Shown here piece by piece: positions 9,052-11,611 of a stretch of 11,611 nucleotides of DNA. Each line of letters starts with the position of its first letter. Position 1 is the stretch's first letter. Below the pieces are notes generated by a model. The model had not been told where the DNA came from, ran no database searches, and worked only from the letters and a program-made list of their open reading frames with translations. The stretch lies in NCBI GenBank assembly GCA_000388065.2, contig KB932201.1, one strand, 5' to 3'. Made by a program: the position numbers and the translations under genes. The stretch is from Fonticula alba ATCC 38817 (Eukaryota > Protista > Nucleariida).

Positions 9052-10016
9052 CTCATGAGGCTCCATCTCCCGGGGGAGGGCCGGCCCCGGTGTCCAGGCA
9101 GTTGAATGGCGCCGATCGCGGAGCGCAGGGGCGCCGGGAGGGGAAAAAAACATCGGCCTGGGCGCCTCGATGCGGGGTGCCAGGCACGCTGGAGGGGGGG
9201 GGGGGCAAGCGCGCCAAGCGCTTCGGCGTCCTGACGCAAGGCCGAGCCGATCGGGCGGGTGGCGGCCCGGGGGGCGTGGGTGGGGGGGGGAGGGAGCGGG
9301 GCACAGCTGCCGACGGATCGTGAGCGCTCGACGTGATCTCAAGTCCGTGGGCGCGTATTGTCCGCGGCCCTTGCGGGTACCGGGGGGGACTTTTGGTGCC
9401 GGCGCCGGTGGCCGGCAGCGGGGGCCCCCCCGGTGCGGCTCTACGTGCAGCTTTAGAGTCTTTTCATCGTGCCCACACCCACCAGGGCCCGGTGAGCCGC
9501 GCAGCACGTAGACCGACCGCTCAGGGGCCCTCTCCGGGTCCCTGCGCATGCGCCTGGCCCAGCCGCGCGCCTCCGGTGCCCCGTCCGGGTGCTCGCACGC
9601 AAGTGCGGGCCCCGGGCCCGATCGGCACGCTCCTCCTGGGGCGCGTCGGTCGGCGCGTGGGCCCGGGGCGCTGGGCAAGGTGTACAAACACACCCCGCCA
9701 TCTTCCTTCTCTTGCCTCTCTCCCCCCCCTCCCGGCTTTTGACACATGCCCCTTTCAAATAATCGAATCCCTCTCGCGGGGCCGGCCACCGGCACGGTGC
9801 GCTTCCCCGCCGCTCGTCCTCTCGTTCTCCCCCGGGCCGGGCCTGGCCGAAGGCGCCCACCTCCATGTTGAGGGGATGGTGTTTTGGCCAGAGAAAGAGA
9901 GAGGGGGGGGGTAGTATGTTTTGTGTGGTGTATTTCCCATCGGCCGGCGGATGCCGATGGACAGGGGGGAGGGGGGCAGGGCAGGCCGGCCCAGAGACAC
10001 GGAAAAACACCGTGTG

Positions 10017-10836
10017 TCACTGTAGATCGCGCGCCAGGCTGAGGCCGCCGCCGCCGCCGGATTTTCCCTTCTTCTCGTAGAAAAGATCCATGCGTGCGGT
10101 GCCGACATTGACGATCTTCGGGCATCCGTCGCGCTAGATTCGGTGGGTGAGTGAGTCGGATTTGCCAGGGCACAGTGCGTTAGAGAGGCCAGAAGAGGGG
10201 GAAGCCCGGGCATTTGGACGGACGCAGGTGCGGGCAGTGTCGCAGCACAACGTACATCCTTCTCGAGGATGGTGCACTCCTTGCAGTAGTACGCGTCAGA
10301 CACACCGACATTGCCGCAAATGACACAGCGGCCCTGGGGAGAGCAGCGCATGAGGGAAAAGGGGGCATGGGGGAAAAGAGTGCATGGGAGAAAAGGGTGC
10401 ATGGGAGAAAAGGGTGCATGGGAGAAAAGGGTATCTGGGTAAGTACATGGAAGAGGGCAGGGCGAGAGAGAGAGAGAGAGAGAGAGGAAGAGAAACAGAG
10501 AGGCAGGCAAACAGAGGGGGGGGAAAAGTGGCGAGTCACATCCAAAAAGAGGTCGCACTTGGAGGGAGCCAAAGTTGCAGTCATCGCAAATGCGAACCAG
10601 CGTGGCCGGGTGCACGAGCGAGTCACAGACAACGCACTTGCCGTCGCCTGGCAGAGACAATGACGGGAGGCCGAAAAAATGAGCAGGTAAGTAGGCGCTC
10701 CCGCAAAGAACATTGGAAGGAATGGTGGCAGACAGGCAGGCACAAGGGATGCCGACGCACACTTGTCGCAAAGGCGGCCAATCGCGACGCCAGGCTGCTT
10801 CTGGCACATAATCAAATCCGAGTGATGGCGAGCCAT
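10017..10836 (-). CDS. PHF5A: PHD-finger-like SF3b splicing factor PHF5A/Rds3, 4 exons, 119 aa
   Basis: Exons 10836-10761, 10647-10559, 10333-10256, 10133-10017 (360 nt). Protein [119 protein letters not shown]. All 12 Zn-ligand Cys are at the human positions (11, 23, 26, 30, 33, 46, 49, 58, 61, 72, 75, 85). Confidence 0.97.
10347..10431. repeat. 17-bp minisatellite, 5 copies, in PHF5A intron 2
   Basis: TGCATGGGAGAAAAGGG x3 perfect (10381-10431) plus degenerate copies at 10364-10380 and 10347-10363. Confidence 0.92.
10464..10485. repeat. (GA)11 microsatellite in PHF5A intron 2
   Basis: Read directly from the sequence. Confidence 0.9.
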
Positions 10837-11423
10837 GGTGGGCGGGGGAGGGGGAGGGGGAAAGGAGGAAGGGAGGAAAAAGAAGGGAGATGGGGTCCTG
10901 GCTGCCGGACACCCCCGGGGGCGGATGATGCGCAGCCAGCGCGCGCCCTTTTCTGCCCGGCGACGGTGGGAAGCGTGTATCATGGGGAGACTCTATCATG
11001 TGACCCCGCCACATGCATCGTTGTGGGCTAGTTCGATGGCTCGGCGTCGGCGGGCGAGGATTGCCCACCACCCGGGGAGCCCCCTTGGGTGTGGCGGGGG
11101 CCGCTTTCATCGGGTGGGAATTAAATCCCTTCCCCGGCGGCCACTGGCGGCCTCCTGCCCCCGCCATTGGGGCGATGTCTCCCACGACCCCCTCCGGCCG
11201 ATCGAGCATCGAGTCTCCCGCCTGCCAAACGACCCGGCCACGCTTTGCCCCTCGGGGGGTGGGCCCTCGCCCCCCCCCCCCCCCCCCCCTTGTCATGGTC
11301 TGCTCGTGGGGCCACACCGACGAAGCGGCGAAGGGGCTGCCTCGACGGCCAGATCGCGCCGGCCCGGGGACCGCCACCGGCGCATTTGGTTAGCTCAACA
11401 CACCTTGACCGAGGCTCGCCGCC

Positions 11424-11611
11424 ATGGAGCCGGATGGCTGGCCCACAGCGAGTCAGGGATCAAGGGCGTCCATCCTGGGAACGGCCGCCGCGCAACTTGG
11501 CCCAGCACGCCCCGATGCAGCCTTCCTTGGCCTGCCCTTCCCTTTTGCCTCCTTTCCCCCTGGCCCTCACACAGTCCCTTTCCAGAGTGGAGTCTCCCTC
11601 GCCCCCCCCCC
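11424..11611 (+). CDS. Possible 5' end of an unidentified gene divergent from PHF5A (open to the window edge)
   Basis: GCCGCC-ATG-G context and no in-frame stop to the end (MEPDGWPTASQGSRASILGTAAAQLG...). No recognisable homology and no consensus GTRCG donor, so support is weak. Confidence 0.2.
   Translation, partial: MEPDGWPTASQGSRASILGTAAAQLGPARPDAAFLGLPFPFASFPPGPHTVPFQSGVSLAPP

Noticed and set aside
8898-10016. Hidden gene or mobile element in the 1.1-kb spacer
   Set aside because: No codon bias, exon-intron pattern, terminal repeats or target-site duplication was seen; only an orphan ACAAACAC and an NRF1-like TGCGCATGCGC palindrome (9543-9553).
10684-10693. TACTTACCTG as the start of an intronic U1 snRNA
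   Set aside because: Downstream sequence lacks U1 stem-loops and an Sm site, and only ~35 nt remain before the acceptor.
1355-10836. Functional clustering of RNA-processing genes (TRM82, Ebp1-like, PHF5A) as a novel system
   Set aside because: These are unrelated housekeeping pathways in mixed orientations, and such neighbours are common in compact genomes; conserved synteny would be needed to support a link.
2984-11377. Long ORFs in the track (e.g. 425 aa 2984-4261, 452 aa 5513-6871, 553 aa 8512-10173, 540 aa 9755-11377) and the poly-Pro/poly-Gly/ER-repeat ORFs
   Set aside because: They are antisense or intron read-through products of GC-rich, stop-poor DNA and of C/G and GA simple repeats; the spliced models explain all the recognisable coding signal.
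11389-11400. GGTTAGCTCA resembling a tRNA A-box
   Set aside because: No B-box (GTTCGA) and no cloverleaf.

Overview
Eukaryotic, very GC-rich, intron-dense genomic DNA. Attribution to a protist is an inference; the style recalls Paratrimastix-like metamonads but this is unverified. The long ORFs in the supplied track are mostly artefacts of high GC content, homopolymers and intron read-through. Manual splicing gives four complete, frame-consistent genes with 23 short spliceosomal introns (74-225 nt): EMC2 (+, 1355-3365, 7 exons, 393 aa), WDR4/TRM82 (+, 3990-6303, 9 exons, 398 aa), a divergent PA2G4/Ebp1-like M24 pseudo-peptidase (-, 8897-6773, 7 exons, 447 aa) and PHF5A/Rds3 (-, 10836-10017, 4 exons, 119 aa). 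I found no RNA gene, transposon, CRISPR array or new multi-gene system. The most interesting signals concern splicing: a natural Y36L substitution in the PHF5A branch-point/drug pocket, a 5' splice-site consensus with C at +4 (GTRCG), and a probable GC-AG intron. Also notable are a highly degenerate Ebp1 homologue, a candidate A/C-rich 3'-end motif downstream of all four genes, and a 93-bp duplication around a 147-bp poly-C tract. All protein comparisons are from memory of the human/yeast sequences and need alignment to confirm.
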